NCBI GenBank assembly: GCA_002753745.1
Contig: PEAR01000002.1
Location: 1 to 47,100, forward strand
From: Candidatus Omnitrophota bacterium
GTDB taxonomy: Bacteria; Omnitrophota; Gorgyraeia; Zapsychrales; Fredricksoniimonadaceae
Reading direction: 5' to 3'
DNA length: 47,100 bases
Shown here: positions 25,748 to 34,673 of the stretch, piece by piece
Layout of the letters: each line of letters opens with the position of its first letter
Position numbering within the stretch: position 1 is the stretch's first letter
The notes under the pieces: model-generated
Databases searched by the model: none
Seen by the model: the letters and a program-made list of their open reading frames with translations, nothing else
Told to the model about the DNA's origin: nothing
Made by a program: the position numbers and the translations under genes

Positions 25748-27547
25748 CTAGTAATCTAAATGCTTGACTATCATATTTGAATAAAACTCTTCCCTCTCAA
25801 GGAGAGGGCTCATATCTTCAAGAGGCTTTGAAACGATCGTGCCATCCGCATGATGAAACGACATAACACGTGGTGCCCGCACCTCATCAGGAATAATCAT
25901 AACATCACACACCACCGGTCCCTGCATATCTAAAACTTGGCGAATCTTCTGTTTAAGATCTTTTTGATCGGTAATGCGTACCGTAGCTATCCCATATGCC
26001 CCGACAACCTTTGAAAGATCCGGCAAAGTAAGCCCGCTACTTTTATCGGCAACGGTCACACGCTCAAAGCATCCTCGTTGAGAAACGCGAATCGATGCAT
26101 ACCCGTCATTATTCATCACAAAGAATTTAATCGGCAAGTTTAACCGCCTAATAGTTTCCAGTTCCTGAATATTCAGCTGGAACCCACCATCTCCGTCGAT
26201 ACAAACTGTCGGCCTGTTCCCGCTGGCAAGGCACGCCCCGATCGCCGCTGGCTGGGCAAAACCCATGGCTCCGGTGCCCTTATTATGAAACACCCGCTGT
26301 CCGGCTTTCACCTTGAACGCCGTAAGAAAGATTTCACAGGCATTGCCGGCATTGCCAGGCAAAATCACATAATCGCTAGTAAGTTCCCGGGATAAAATAT
26401 CGGAAAAAGCATAAACACTAACCTTCTCAACTTCAGCATGATGCTCAGGTAGAACAAAAGGATAACGCTCTTTCCATACCCGGCACCTGTCGATCCAGGT
26501 TGAACAGTCCCGCGCTTGAAGCGTCCCCTTTCTAGCCAGCACCCTGTGCATAAAAAGGCCAGCGTCCATCACAATCGGCAGATCAATCGAAGGGCCGATC
26601 TTATTAATCTCAGCGGGGTCAATATTCACCATAACTTTCTTTGCCCCTCTTGCTAGCTTATCAGGGGCATACGCGATTAAGGCCATATCTAGCCTCGCAC
26701 CCAAAATCAATAAAAGATCGGAGTTCTGTAAAGTAAAGTTAGCACTTCGAGAAGCAATCATTCCTGGCATCCCGAAATGCAAATCGTGTTCTGATGAAAT
26801 CAGATCAACTCCAAGTCGAGTTGTAAGAACAGGAACGCCGAGAGCATCGATAAACTTTAAGAAATCACCTTGAGCCCCTGCCAACCGAATCCCGTTACCT
26901 GCCAGAATTACCGGCCGTTCCGCTTTCTTAAACAATTCAATAAATGACGCCACCAGGTCTTCTTTAAAACGATCATCTGAAGCCTTTTGATTCTCGGCCG
27001 GCTCATATCCTTTCAAGTCTTTAGGATCAACATGCGCAACTTGAACATCCAGCGGAATATCAAGCCATACCGGCCCAGGCCGGCCAGTCTTGGCTGAATG
27101 TACAGCTTTTTCTAAATGATACCTAACCATCGCTGGATCAGTAACAGTAACCGCATATTTTGTTATTGCTTTAACCAACGATACAATATCGATCTCCTGA
27201 ACACCTAATTGCCTGACCCCGGAGTTGCCACTGATATCCGCGCGCTTAACCTGACCGGAAATAAAAAGACATGGCGTTGAGTCTTGCCAGGCAGCCGCAA
27301 CACCCGTAATCGCGTTAGTCCCTCCAGGGCCAGTGGTTACCAAAGCAACCCCCAGATTATTAGTAACCCGCGCATATGCTTCTGCGGCAATTGCGCTAGC
27401 TTGTTCGTGAAGATTGCCAACAGGTTCAATACCCTCGCAATGCCCCAAAGAATCCACCAAATGCATCGCTCCACCGCCAGGAAGCATAAAAACATGCCTT
27501 ACTCCTAATGACGCTAAATAATGAAACACATAATCCGAAAGCTTCAT
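25748..27547 (-). CDS. Thiamine-diphosphate-dependent enzyme, acetolactate synthase large subunit-like (YerE-like candidate), 599 aa
   Basis: Three-domain ALS layout. The N-terminus reads HVFMLPGGGAMHL ... EQASAIAAEAYAR ... LVTTGPGGTNA. The ThDP motif is IDGDGGFQ-x-VMNNDGY (GDG ... NN). Confidence 0.85.
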   Translation of the reverse strand: MKLSDYVFHYLASLGVRHVFMLPGGGAMHLVDSLGHCEGIEPVGNLHEQASAIAAEAYARVTNNLGVALVTTGPGGTNAITGVAAAWQDSTPCLFISGQVKRADISGNSGVRQLGVQEIDIVSLVKAITKYAVTVTDPAMVRYHLEKAVHSAKTGRPGPVWLDIPLDVQVAHVDPKDLKGYEPAENQKASDDRFKEDLVASFIELFKKAERPVILAGNGIRLAGAQGDFLKFIDALGVPVLTTRLGVDLISSEHDLHFGMPGMIASRSANFTLQNSDLLLILGARLDMALIAYAPDKLARGAKKVMVNIDPAEINKIGPSIDLPIVMDAGLFMHRVLARKGTLQARDCSTWIDRCRVWKERYPFVLPEHHAEVEKVSVYAFSDILSRELTSDYVILPGNAGNACEIFLTAFKVKAGQRVFHNKGTGAMGFAQPAAIGACLASGNRPTVCIDGDGGFQLNIQELETIRRLNLPIKFFVMNNDGYASIRVSQRGCFERVTVADKSSGLTLPDLSKVVGAYGIATVRITDQKDLKQKIRQVLDMQGPVVCDVMIIPDEVRAPRVMSFHHADGTIVSKPLEDMSPLLEREEFYSNMIVKHLDY

Positions 27548-28029
27548 ACGATTCCTTTGCTTTTCACAAGAATGAGGATATCCAGCAATTCTCTTACCGC
27601 ACCACGACCGCCGGAAGCTTTCATCACTAAATCCGCATGATCTATAGCAGCCGGGTGCGCTGAAGCGGGAACCGCAGATAATCCAGCCAGATCAAGAGCC
27701 TCTATATCATTAATGTCATCTCCCATAAAACATACAGCCTCGAGCGCAAGTCCGTTCTTTTGTGCAAAAACTTTCAATGACGCAGCCTTATCTTTGCTCC
27801 CTTTATAAACATCAACAATTCCCATCTTACGCGCGTAACGATCAACCAATGGAGTATCTTCACCCGAGATAAGGGCAAAAATAAGCCCCGCTTTACTTGC
27901 CCGGGAGATCCCCATAATGTCGAGAAATGAAAACTGTTTAAATTCTTCGCCTTCAGGCCCCCAAATAAAGGTGCCATCGGTTAGAACGCCGTCAACATCG
28001 AGCGCAACAGCCTTGATATTTTTCATCAA
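27544..28029 (-). CDS. HAD-superfamily phosphatase, KdsC/YrbI family, 161 aa
   Basis: IKAVALDVDGVLTDG ... ISG ... Y.G..DK ... FMGDDINDIEAL...GLSAVPA.AHP.....ADLV....GGRGAVRE is nearly colinear with Kdo-8-P phosphatase. The substrate is not assignable. Confidence 0.8.
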   Translation of the reverse strand: MMKNIKAVALDVDGVLTDGTFIWGPEGEEFKQFSFLDIMGISRASKAGLIFALISGEDTPLVDRYARKMGIVDVYKGSKDKAASLKVFAQKNGLALEAVCFMGDDINDIEALDLAGLSAVPASAHPAAIDHADLVMKASGGRGAVRELLDILILVKSKGIV

Positions 28030-28049
28030 ACTACTCCTTACGAGTGCGT

Positions 28050-30440
28050 TTATAAACCAGACTTAATAAATAACTCTCGATCTTTCGCATCATCCTTGAA
28101 AATTGTATCCGCCAATAACCAAAGAAAGATTACAAACGCCATAAACCCCTGAGCCGCAGAAAACCAGAATAGAAAGGTCAAAATCGATGAATAAAAATAA
28201 AACCGAACAGTATTTTTTCCTGCTGCTAAAGGAACGGCTTTATACGCCAGATTCGCAACATAAACCGGAACAGACTTGGTGTTGACTTCTGCCCTCCACG
28301 AAGGATGCCAAATATCACTATATAAGAGCCAGACTGGGCGCCCAACAGGAACGACCGTCTCAATGACCACCTCGTTAGGAGAGAATAATTTAACATGATA
28401 TGGGAGATCCAGTCGACTATTTAATCCCAAATCTGTCGACGACACTGTATCGTCCATTCTAAGTGTCGGCTGGCCATCATAAGAAGTCAGAACAGGGACA
28501 TCTCCAGCGTAACCAGGATCAGCAATAACATCTGCCGCCTTCTGCGGAGAACTAAAATAGACAGCCGACGTAAAGAACTGAACCTTATCTTTAGTCACGC
28601 CGGAAATCTTAAGAACAGAAGGAGTATTCAAATTAAAATTAAAAGAATACGGCGTGCCTGCGTTGATGTTCCCTGAAGCATTTAAAGGAATATGCATGTA
28701 TGCTCTTAGATAATAATCTAAGGGTTTAGCCCATGTATCCGTACGTAAAACTGTAGAAAAACAATCACGCCATAAAAAATTACCCGCAGAATTATAAATA
28801 GCACCTTTCTTTTGTAAAAGAACCGCAAGGAAATCAATCCGGTCGTCAGTATCTAAATGTTCACAATTACGAGAAGCTCTCCACGGTAAAGGCTGCCAAG
28901 TCAATGACTTCAAATCCTTTTGCGATACAGAAACTGTGCGTAAGAGAGACTGATCAACGCGATACGCATAAACATCAATCATCTGAGCCAGGAACCATAA
29001 TACGCCGATAATTAACAATGCTTTCTGCGTCCGAATAAAGATCATCATGGTGCAGAAAATGGCAAGCACTCCGGAAATAAAAATAGGTATATAGAAATTA
29101 AAATTAAGGGCGTTCCAATCAAAAGACGGTAATCCTCCGGTCACCATTTCTCCCAGAATGAAGTCCCTCAATACAGCGTCATTCCGTAATTGACATAAAA
29201 AGAAAGTAACGCCCATAAAGAAGACAGCTGTAAAAAAGAAAAAAACAGAACGCCGCCAATGTTCATCTGCCACCCGCTTGTTGTCTGCACAAAAAATTGC
29301 CTCGAATCCAAACCCGGCCAGAAAGCAGAGCCCAAACTTGACGACAGGCGCCAACAAACATAAATGACGATAATAATTCATTAAAGGCCAGAAATAATAC
29401 AAAACGACCGCCAGTACAGAGCCCATAGTTAAAAGAAGCATTGCAACAGTCCACCCGATCCATACCATCGCCTCCTTCCGAGGGCTTAAACATAAAGCAG
29501 CAAGTACACAGGGTAAAGCAAACAACCCCATGTACAACGTAAAGTCTAATGCCGGAGATAACCGCAAAGCAAGTTCATTCCACTTATTAAGATGGGTATT
29601 ACCGGCATAGGTAAGAAATGTCTGGAGAGAAACTGTGCCGTCAGGATTTCGCAAATAATTGCCAAAAATGGTAAAAGGATCCATATTCAGGCGCATATTA
29701 ACCAGAATCAATGCTGCCAGCGCAAGAATGGATAGAACACAAATCCGAAAAGACGCACCAAATTTGATCAATTTGAATTGCTTCTCATAATACTCACGTC
29801 TAATGCAGATATCAAAAACATAAAGAACAAAAACAGCCAGCAAGCTTACCGTGATCGTATACGGATTGGTCTCAAGGCTCTGGACCCCAAAAAAATATGC
29901 TGCCAGAAAAAACCAGCGCCATTGCCCGCTATCCAGGAAACGATATAAAAGCCAGATAACCAGCGGAACAACATACAAAATACAAATCCAGAACATTTGA
30001 TTGTACGAAATCATGCAGCTTGCCACACACACCATCACAAAAAGACGCGGGGCTAAAGCAGCGAAATATCTTCCCGACAATAACCATACACCGGAGAGAA
30101 AAACAAAATGATAAAAGAACATCCCAACATAGAACAAGGACAAGAAGTCAAAGAATCTTAACAATTTCCACATAAAGAAAAACGCATCAAAAAGGAAACC
30201 TGGACCGTTTAAATAAAACATCCTTGACCCATGCGTTAAAAAAGGAGTCCATAAGGAAACCTGACCGTATTCAACAATCGCGTTAAGACGGTAATATTCG
30301 CCGAAAAAGAAAGCTAATGGATCGTGGATGACAATATGTCGAGCGGAAATATCCCAAAAGAGGAAAAGCAGTTCAATTAAAACCAGGGCAGAAAATGCAG
30401 CAAATGTTCTATGGCGAAACAACCGGTGAAATATTTTCAT
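28050..30440 (-). CDS. Large polytopic membrane protein, YfhO-like / putative GT-C glycosyltransferase, 796 aa
   Basis: At least 12 hydrophobic segments in the first roughly 490 aa. A soluble domain of about 250 aa follows, then one terminal TM (ILTFLFWFSAAQGFMAFVIFLWLL), which is the YfhO architecture. The early loop G-Q-V-S-L-W-T-P-F-L-T-H-G resembles the YfhO G..PLW.P...G motif. The family call is tentative. Confidence 0.5.
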   Translation of the reverse strand: MKIFHRLFRHRTFAAFSALVLIELLFLFWDISARHIVIHDPLAFFFGEYYRLNAIVEYGQVSLWTPFLTHGSRMFYLNGPGFLFDAFFFMWKLLRFFDFLSLFYVGMFFYHFVFLSGVWLLSGRYFAALAPRLFVMVCVASCMISYNQMFWICILYVVPLVIWLLYRFLDSGQWRWFFLAAYFFGVQSLETNPYTITVSLLAVFVLYVFDICIRREYYEKQFKLIKFGASFRICVLSILALAALILVNMRLNMDPFTIFGNYLRNPDGTVSLQTFLTYAGNTHLNKWNELALRLSPALDFTLYMGLFALPCVLAALCLSPRKEAMVWIGWTVAMLLLTMGSVLAVVLYYFWPLMNYYRHLCLLAPVVKFGLCFLAGFGFEAIFCADNKRVADEHWRRSVFFFFTAVFFMGVTFFLCQLRNDAVLRDFILGEMVTGGLPSFDWNALNFNFYIPIFISGVLAIFCTMMIFIRTQKALLIIGVLWFLAQMIDVYAYRVDQSLLRTVSVSQKDLKSLTWQPLPWRASRNCEHLDTDDRIDFLAVLLQKKGAIYNSAGNFLWRDCFSTVLRTDTWAKPLDYYLRAYMHIPLNASGNINAGTPYSFNFNLNTPSVLKISGVTKDKVQFFTSAVYFSSPQKAADVIADPGYAGDVPVLTSYDGQPTLRMDDTVSSTDLGLNSRLDLPYHVKLFSPNEVVIETVVPVGRPVWLLYSDIWHPSWRAEVNTKSVPVYVANLAYKAVPLAAGKNTVRFYFYSSILTFLFWFSAAQGFMAFVIFLWLLADTIFKDDAKDRELFIKSGL

Positions 30441-30471
30441 GCTAAAATCCGGGTTAGTGGTAAAAAAACTG

Positions 30472-32373
30472 TCACTTCAATGTAATGTCACTAAGAACAT
30501 AATCAGGCGCGGGTCGAAGATACCCGCTCCCCGTCGCAAAAGAAAGTTTGCGCTGCGCTGATATCAGGTTTTTTTCCAGCTTATTGTCACCATATCCGCG
30601 CGCGATAGATATTGCCGTATCATAAGCCGGCGAGAATGTCGGATCTTTCTCGATAGCCGTCAAGGCATCTGTCAAGGCGCGTAAGGGTTGTTTCTTATCA
30701 AGCCAGATCTGAGCTCGATTTAAATATGGGAGATTATAATCCGGATTAACACGAATCGCCATATTATATTTTACCATTGCAAGGTCATCCTGATGAAGTT
30801 GCTGATAAACAACTCCCCAGTTATAAAAAAAGCTTACAGAAGGCTTCTTTGACAATTTGAAACGAGTTTCAAAACAATTCAATGCGCTATAAAACTGATT
30901 AAAGGAAGCATACGCTAACCCGGCATCCTCGTACAACTCAGGATTTAAAGGCTCTCTGGCAAGTGCAAACTGAAAAGAACGCAATGCAGCAGCCTTTCGG
31001 GCCGCAGCGATCTTCTGGTCAAAAGAAAGTTTAAAAACACTTCTCATTCGACCAATATCAGTTCTCTTCGTTCTTGCAACAAATTTTAAGAAAGAAGCTT
31101 TAGAAGGCATATAAAAATCATCGGTATAAAGCGATTGCCCCCTCATGTCAAATGAAAACGCTGACGGATTAGTCTTAACAGTCGCGTTCCAAATCGAGAA
31201 AGAATCGACCCAGTCAAAAACTCTGTGAGAAGATAACAACAAAAAAAACACAAAAACAGATAGAGATACCGCAATAAAGACTTTCTTTTTTAATGTAAAA
31301 GCGTAGTCCACAAGATAACCGATCACAAAGCAGAAACCCAGGCTCGGAAGATACATAAATCTGTCCGCCACTGTCGTCAAATCAAAGATATCAAACCTCC
31401 ATAAGAAGAATGCAGTGAGAATATAAAAAAGTGCAGCAAAAAGAAATAATTTCCAACGCCAATTTTTGAACAAAACAACCGCGAACAGAAAAATCACCAT
31501 GAAACCGCGAAAAACGTCCGTATTCCATAAATCCAAACGTGACGGATAGCCGTAAATGATCGATAAATTCAGCGGGCAAAAAAACTTCTGCAAATAAAAG
31601 CTAGCACTCCAAACCCATATAAACGGAGATGTATGCCAGGAAAAAGGAACGCCACGGGCATTCATTGAATATGTTATTAAGGCAATGGGTTCAACGACCA
31701 GAAAGAAAGGAATTTTATCAACAATTGCACCCCATGACATCCTTCTTGAACGCAAATAATCCAACAAACAAAGCGCTAAAGGAAGACTAAGGGCCATCGG
31801 TTTTGATAATACACTTAACCCTGCGGCTGCTAAAGCAAAGATGTAGTGACGAGCGTTCCTATCGTCCTGATACTGACAATATGAGATCATCGCCATCAGG
31901 TAAAATGAAGTGAACAACAAATCTTTTCTGGCGGTTATCCAGGCTACCGCTTCAACATGAACAGGATGAACGGCGAATATAAGTACGGACCAAAAAGCAG
32001 CTCGTAAATTTAGTCCCAGGTAGCGTGCAAGAAAAAATGCCAGGAAACAAACAAGAAGATGCAAAAGGACATTAATCGCGTGCGACAGGGTGGGCAATGC
32101 CCCGAACAATAATCTTTCATAAAGGAAAGTTACAACTGTTATCGGCACATACGTTTTATTTGCAGAGTCAGGCGTAAAGAAGATATCCCAAACAGCCTTT
32201 AAATTATTATTGCAAACAAGGGTGTTCAGAAAAATGTGCGTATTATCATCAAAATTGATAAACTGACCGGCTAGAATGACCGGATAATACACGATACCGA
32301 CAATCGCAATCAATAGAACAAACCATACAATGTGATGCTTCTTTAATTGCTCGCTGTCATTTAAGAACAACAT
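30472..32373 (-). CDS. TMTC/PMT-like GT-C membrane glycosyltransferase with C-terminal TPR repeats, 633 aa
   Basis: First-loop acidic motif FINFDDN. HPVHVEAVAWITARKDLL and SKPMALSLPLALCLLDY. About 10-11 TM segments, then about 200 aa of TPR-like repeats. Confidence 0.7.
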   Translation of the reverse strand: MLFLNDSEQLKKHHIVWFVLLIAIVGIVYYPVILAGQFINFDDNTHIFLNTLVCNNNLKAVWDIFFTPDSANKTYVPITVVTFLYERLLFGALPTLSHAINVLLHLLVCFLAFFLARYLGLNLRAAFWSVLIFAVHPVHVEAVAWITARKDLLFTSFYLMAMISYCQYQDDRNARHYIFALAAAGLSVLSKPMALSLPLALCLLDYLRSRRMSWGAIVDKIPFFLVVEPIALITYSMNARGVPFSWHTSPFIWVWSASFYLQKFFCPLNLSIIYGYPSRLDLWNTDVFRGFMVIFLFAVVLFKNWRWKLFLFAALFYILTAFFLWRFDIFDLTTVADRFMYLPSLGFCFVIGYLVDYAFTLKKKVFIAVSLSVFVFFLLLSSHRVFDWVDSFSIWNATVKTNPSAFSFDMRGQSLYTDDFYMPSKASFLKFVARTKRTDIGRMRSVFKLSFDQKIAAARKAAALRSFQFALAREPLNPELYEDAGLAYASFNQFYSALNCFETRFKLSKKPSVSFFYNWGVVYQQLHQDDLAMVKYNMAIRVNPDYNLPYLNRAQIWLDKKQPLRALTDALTAIEKDPTFSPAYDTAISIARGYGDNKLEKNLISAQRKLSFATGSGYLRPAPDYVLSDITLK

Positions 32374-34042
32374 TGCGTTTCTCCGAAGTCATTATAGAAT
32401 CGAGACTTGCTATTCCTGGTGTCGCCGGCAGATCAGGACAAAACACATATTTTGCCTCAGATAAACTTCGATAGTATGAAGGATATAAAGCCTCCGCCAG
32501 CGTATAGCGCCGCCACAGGAGATCGCCATTTTGATGCAGCCACTTCCCGGCATAGTTCCCTGGGCATTGATGAGAAACAAAAAAAGAAAAATCAGCCTCA
32601 GATCGGTGCGTATCTACAAAAGCTGTTGTCGCATCCAGAAAATGTCGACGATGTTTATCGCCTTGTGCAATAGCTAAATTAATATTATAAATAGAAAGAG
32701 CGTTGAGAAAGATCATTCCTGCGGATAATACGTACACCGCCAGTCGAATTAGCCCGCCATCTGATCTTTTTGATATCGCTTCAAAAGACAAACATGCGTA
32801 TGCCAATGGTAAAGCCAAAACCCAAAAAAAGTAAATGTAATAGGAATTGAAGAACAAGCCTGTAAAAATACCGCGGGTATTAACCCGGCCACATGAAACA
32901 AAAAGCACGAAACCTGAAATCATTATACAGAAAAGACTTATTAATTTTCTTCGGTCATCAGAAATCTTTGGATACGAATAAATAGCCAGCCAGCTAAAAA
33001 GTAAAAGCGCTGCCGCCCCCCTTATAAAATGCGGAGAAAAACCAACAAAAGGCCAAAGTGAATTTAACGTAAACGGAACCAAAGCCACTCGCTCTACCAA
33101 AGCAATCTCTGAAGCTTTTAGAAATATTCCGCTGCAGATGAACCATTTCAAAGCCGTTAAAGCATTAACAACCGTTTTGACCGATACCACACCTGTAGCG
33201 ATATGGCTGATTTCAGTAGTAACAGGCGCATGCCTTAACATAAAATCAGCGGCATTCATACCAAGGCTTACTAATGCCGCCCCCACAAACAGGAAAGTAA
33301 ATTTTATATTATGTTCGACGATGGCAAGATATAACGCAAAACATAGTAAAAAAACAAAACCAAGTTCGAAAATAAAAGAAGACAAAAAAAGAAAAAGAAC
33401 ACACCATTGCAATGACGACCGGTCTTGCTGGTTTTGCTTAAATTTCTTAACTTTAATGCAAGCCTCAAGAACAAGAATACAAAAGATCATATACGCACTG
33501 ATATTGTGCCAAACAACCATCGGAACATTGGACAGCATCAGCAAAAAAGCTCCCGCCGAGACTGCGGCAGGAATGCCGGGAGAAATAATATCTAACAATC
33601 GAAACATTGAAAAACCGACCATTAGATGAAGAACGATAGCCATTGCCTGCCATAACGTAAAATTATATCCCAAAAAAACCAACTGGCCTCCTAAAAAGAC
33701 ATTTAACAAAGGCCTAAAAAGAAATTCGTCGCGCGGCATAAAAACACGCTCTCTATTCAGAGAGTATGCCCCGAAAGTTTTATCCATAATATTGTTTTTA
33801 CGAGACATTTCCGCCAGATATGATATCTGATCGTGTTTGGGGGCATGCTGCAAGGAAGGCCAATACGATAATAGTGTCAACAAAACAAAAACAAAAAAGA
33901 TATAACGACGTAAAAAATGCTGATGCTGATGCATGCTTCGTGAACAAAATTGATTACATTGAAAAGAGATACGAATTCTTTCTTCAAATCGATGAAAACA
34001 CAAACACATCAGCAAAAGGAATAAATTCAATACCAACTTCAC
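32357..34042 (-). CDS. Polytopic membrane protein of unknown function (candidate pilin-modifying enzyme), up to 561 aa
   Basis: A long ORF with many hydrophobic segments and no recognisable soluble domain. It starts 13 nt after the pilin stop and overlaps the next gene by 17 nt. Start is uncertain: GTG 34042, ATG 34009 or ATG 33934 (MHQHQHFLRRYIFF...). Confidence 0.55.
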   Translation of the reverse strand: MKLVLNLFLLLMCLCFHRFEERIRISFQCNQFCSRSMHQHQHFLRRYIFFVFVLLTLLSYWPSLQHAPKHDQISYLAEMSRKNNIMDKTFGAYSLNRERVFMPRDEFLFRPLLNVFLGGQLVFLGYNFTLWQAMAIVLHLMVGFSMFRLLDIISPGIPAAVSAGAFLLMLSNVPMVVWHNISAYMIFCILVLEACIKVKKFKQNQQDRSSLQWCVLFLFLSSFIFELGFVFLLCFALYLAIVEHNIKFTFLFVGAALVSLGMNAADFMLRHAPVTTEISHIATGVVSVKTVVNALTALKWFICSGIFLKASEIALVERVALVPFTLNSLWPFVGFSPHFIRGAAALLLFSWLAIYSYPKISDDRRKLISLFCIMISGFVLFVSCGRVNTRGIFTGLFFNSYYIYFFWVLALPLAYACLSFEAISKRSDGGLIRLAVYVLSAGMIFLNALSIYNINLAIAQGDKHRRHFLDATTAFVDTHRSEADFSFFVSHQCPGNYAGKWLHQNGDLLWRRYTLAEALYPSYYRSLSEAKYVFCPDLPATPGIASLDSIMTSEKRNVVLK

Positions 34043-34054
34043 ATTTAATTGAAA

Positions 34055-34501
34055 CTAAAAAGGAGACGTAGACGCGGCGGCTGCGATTGATGATGTCAGT
34101 CCGGTTCTATTAACTATGCCCTGAAAAACACTTGTAGCTGGAGCCATAAACTGAGTAATACCTGCATCATTTACTACCATTGAAACATGGTTTTGTGTTG
34201 CGGCATTTTGCCTTGCGGTAATAATTAAGGAAGTTGCAGCTGCAGTAAATGAATACGCGAATCTTGAGTTTTGAGGTGTGGTTACACCTAAAGCCGCCTG
34301 ACTTGCACAAAGTGTGAAATTATTTGTTGCTTCATAACAAGTTGCTGCAGCCCTTTTGATAATCCCAAAATACTGCATCGCTTCAGCGCCTTGAGCCGCA
34401 TTGGTTTGGGCCGCAAGCCTGGGAAGTGCCAACGTTGCCATAATACCCAAGATAACAATAACAATAATGATTTCGATGAGAGTAAAACCTTTGTTATTCA
34501 T
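34055..34501 (-). CDS. Type IV pilin / pseudopilin, major-pilin copy A, 148 aa
   Basis: Prepilin leader and cleavage/methylation motif MNNKG|FTLIEIIIVIVILGIMA with Glu at +5. GGAG RBS. 89% identical (132/148 by hand alignment) to the 39242..39688 product. Confidence 0.9.
   Translation of the reverse strand: MNNKGFTLIEIIIVIVILGIMATLALPRLAAQTNAAQGAEAMQYFGIIKRAAATCYEATNNFTLCASQAALGVTTPQNSRFAYSFTAAATSLIITARQNAATQNHVSMVVNDAGITQFMAPATSVFQGIVNRTGLTSSIAAAASTSPF
34055..34501 (-). repeat. Dispersed direct repeat, copy 1 (pilin gene duplication)
   Basis: Aligns at the nucleotide level over the whole CDS with 39242..39688. Includes a perfectly identical run of at least 110 nt (34371..34480 = 39558..39667). 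Flanking non-coding DNA is unrelated. Confidence 0.9.
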
Positions 34502-34673
34502 ATAAAATCTCCGGTAAGTTATAAAAGATTAAATTACTTCGTGATGAATATGTTTATATTAATAAGAATTTTCTAATAAAACAACAAAAAAGAAATATTT
34601 AAATCCAATCAGGAAATATAAAAACAATCAACATCATTCACAGCGACTAAAACAGATAGCATTTATTGCGAAA

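Noticed and set aside
27544-28029. The KdsC-like phosphatase as evidence for a Kdo/LPS-core locus.
   Set aside because: No kdsA, kdsB, kdsD or waaA-like genes are present in the window. The family also includes other sugar-phosphate and ulosonate-phosphate phosphatases.
34502-34673. A regulatory RNA or promoter in the 172 nt AT-rich region upstream of pilin copy A.
   Set aside because: Only weak sigma70-like hexamers (TTGTTG-17-TATTAA) and no structured element were seen. This is insufficient for a feature call.
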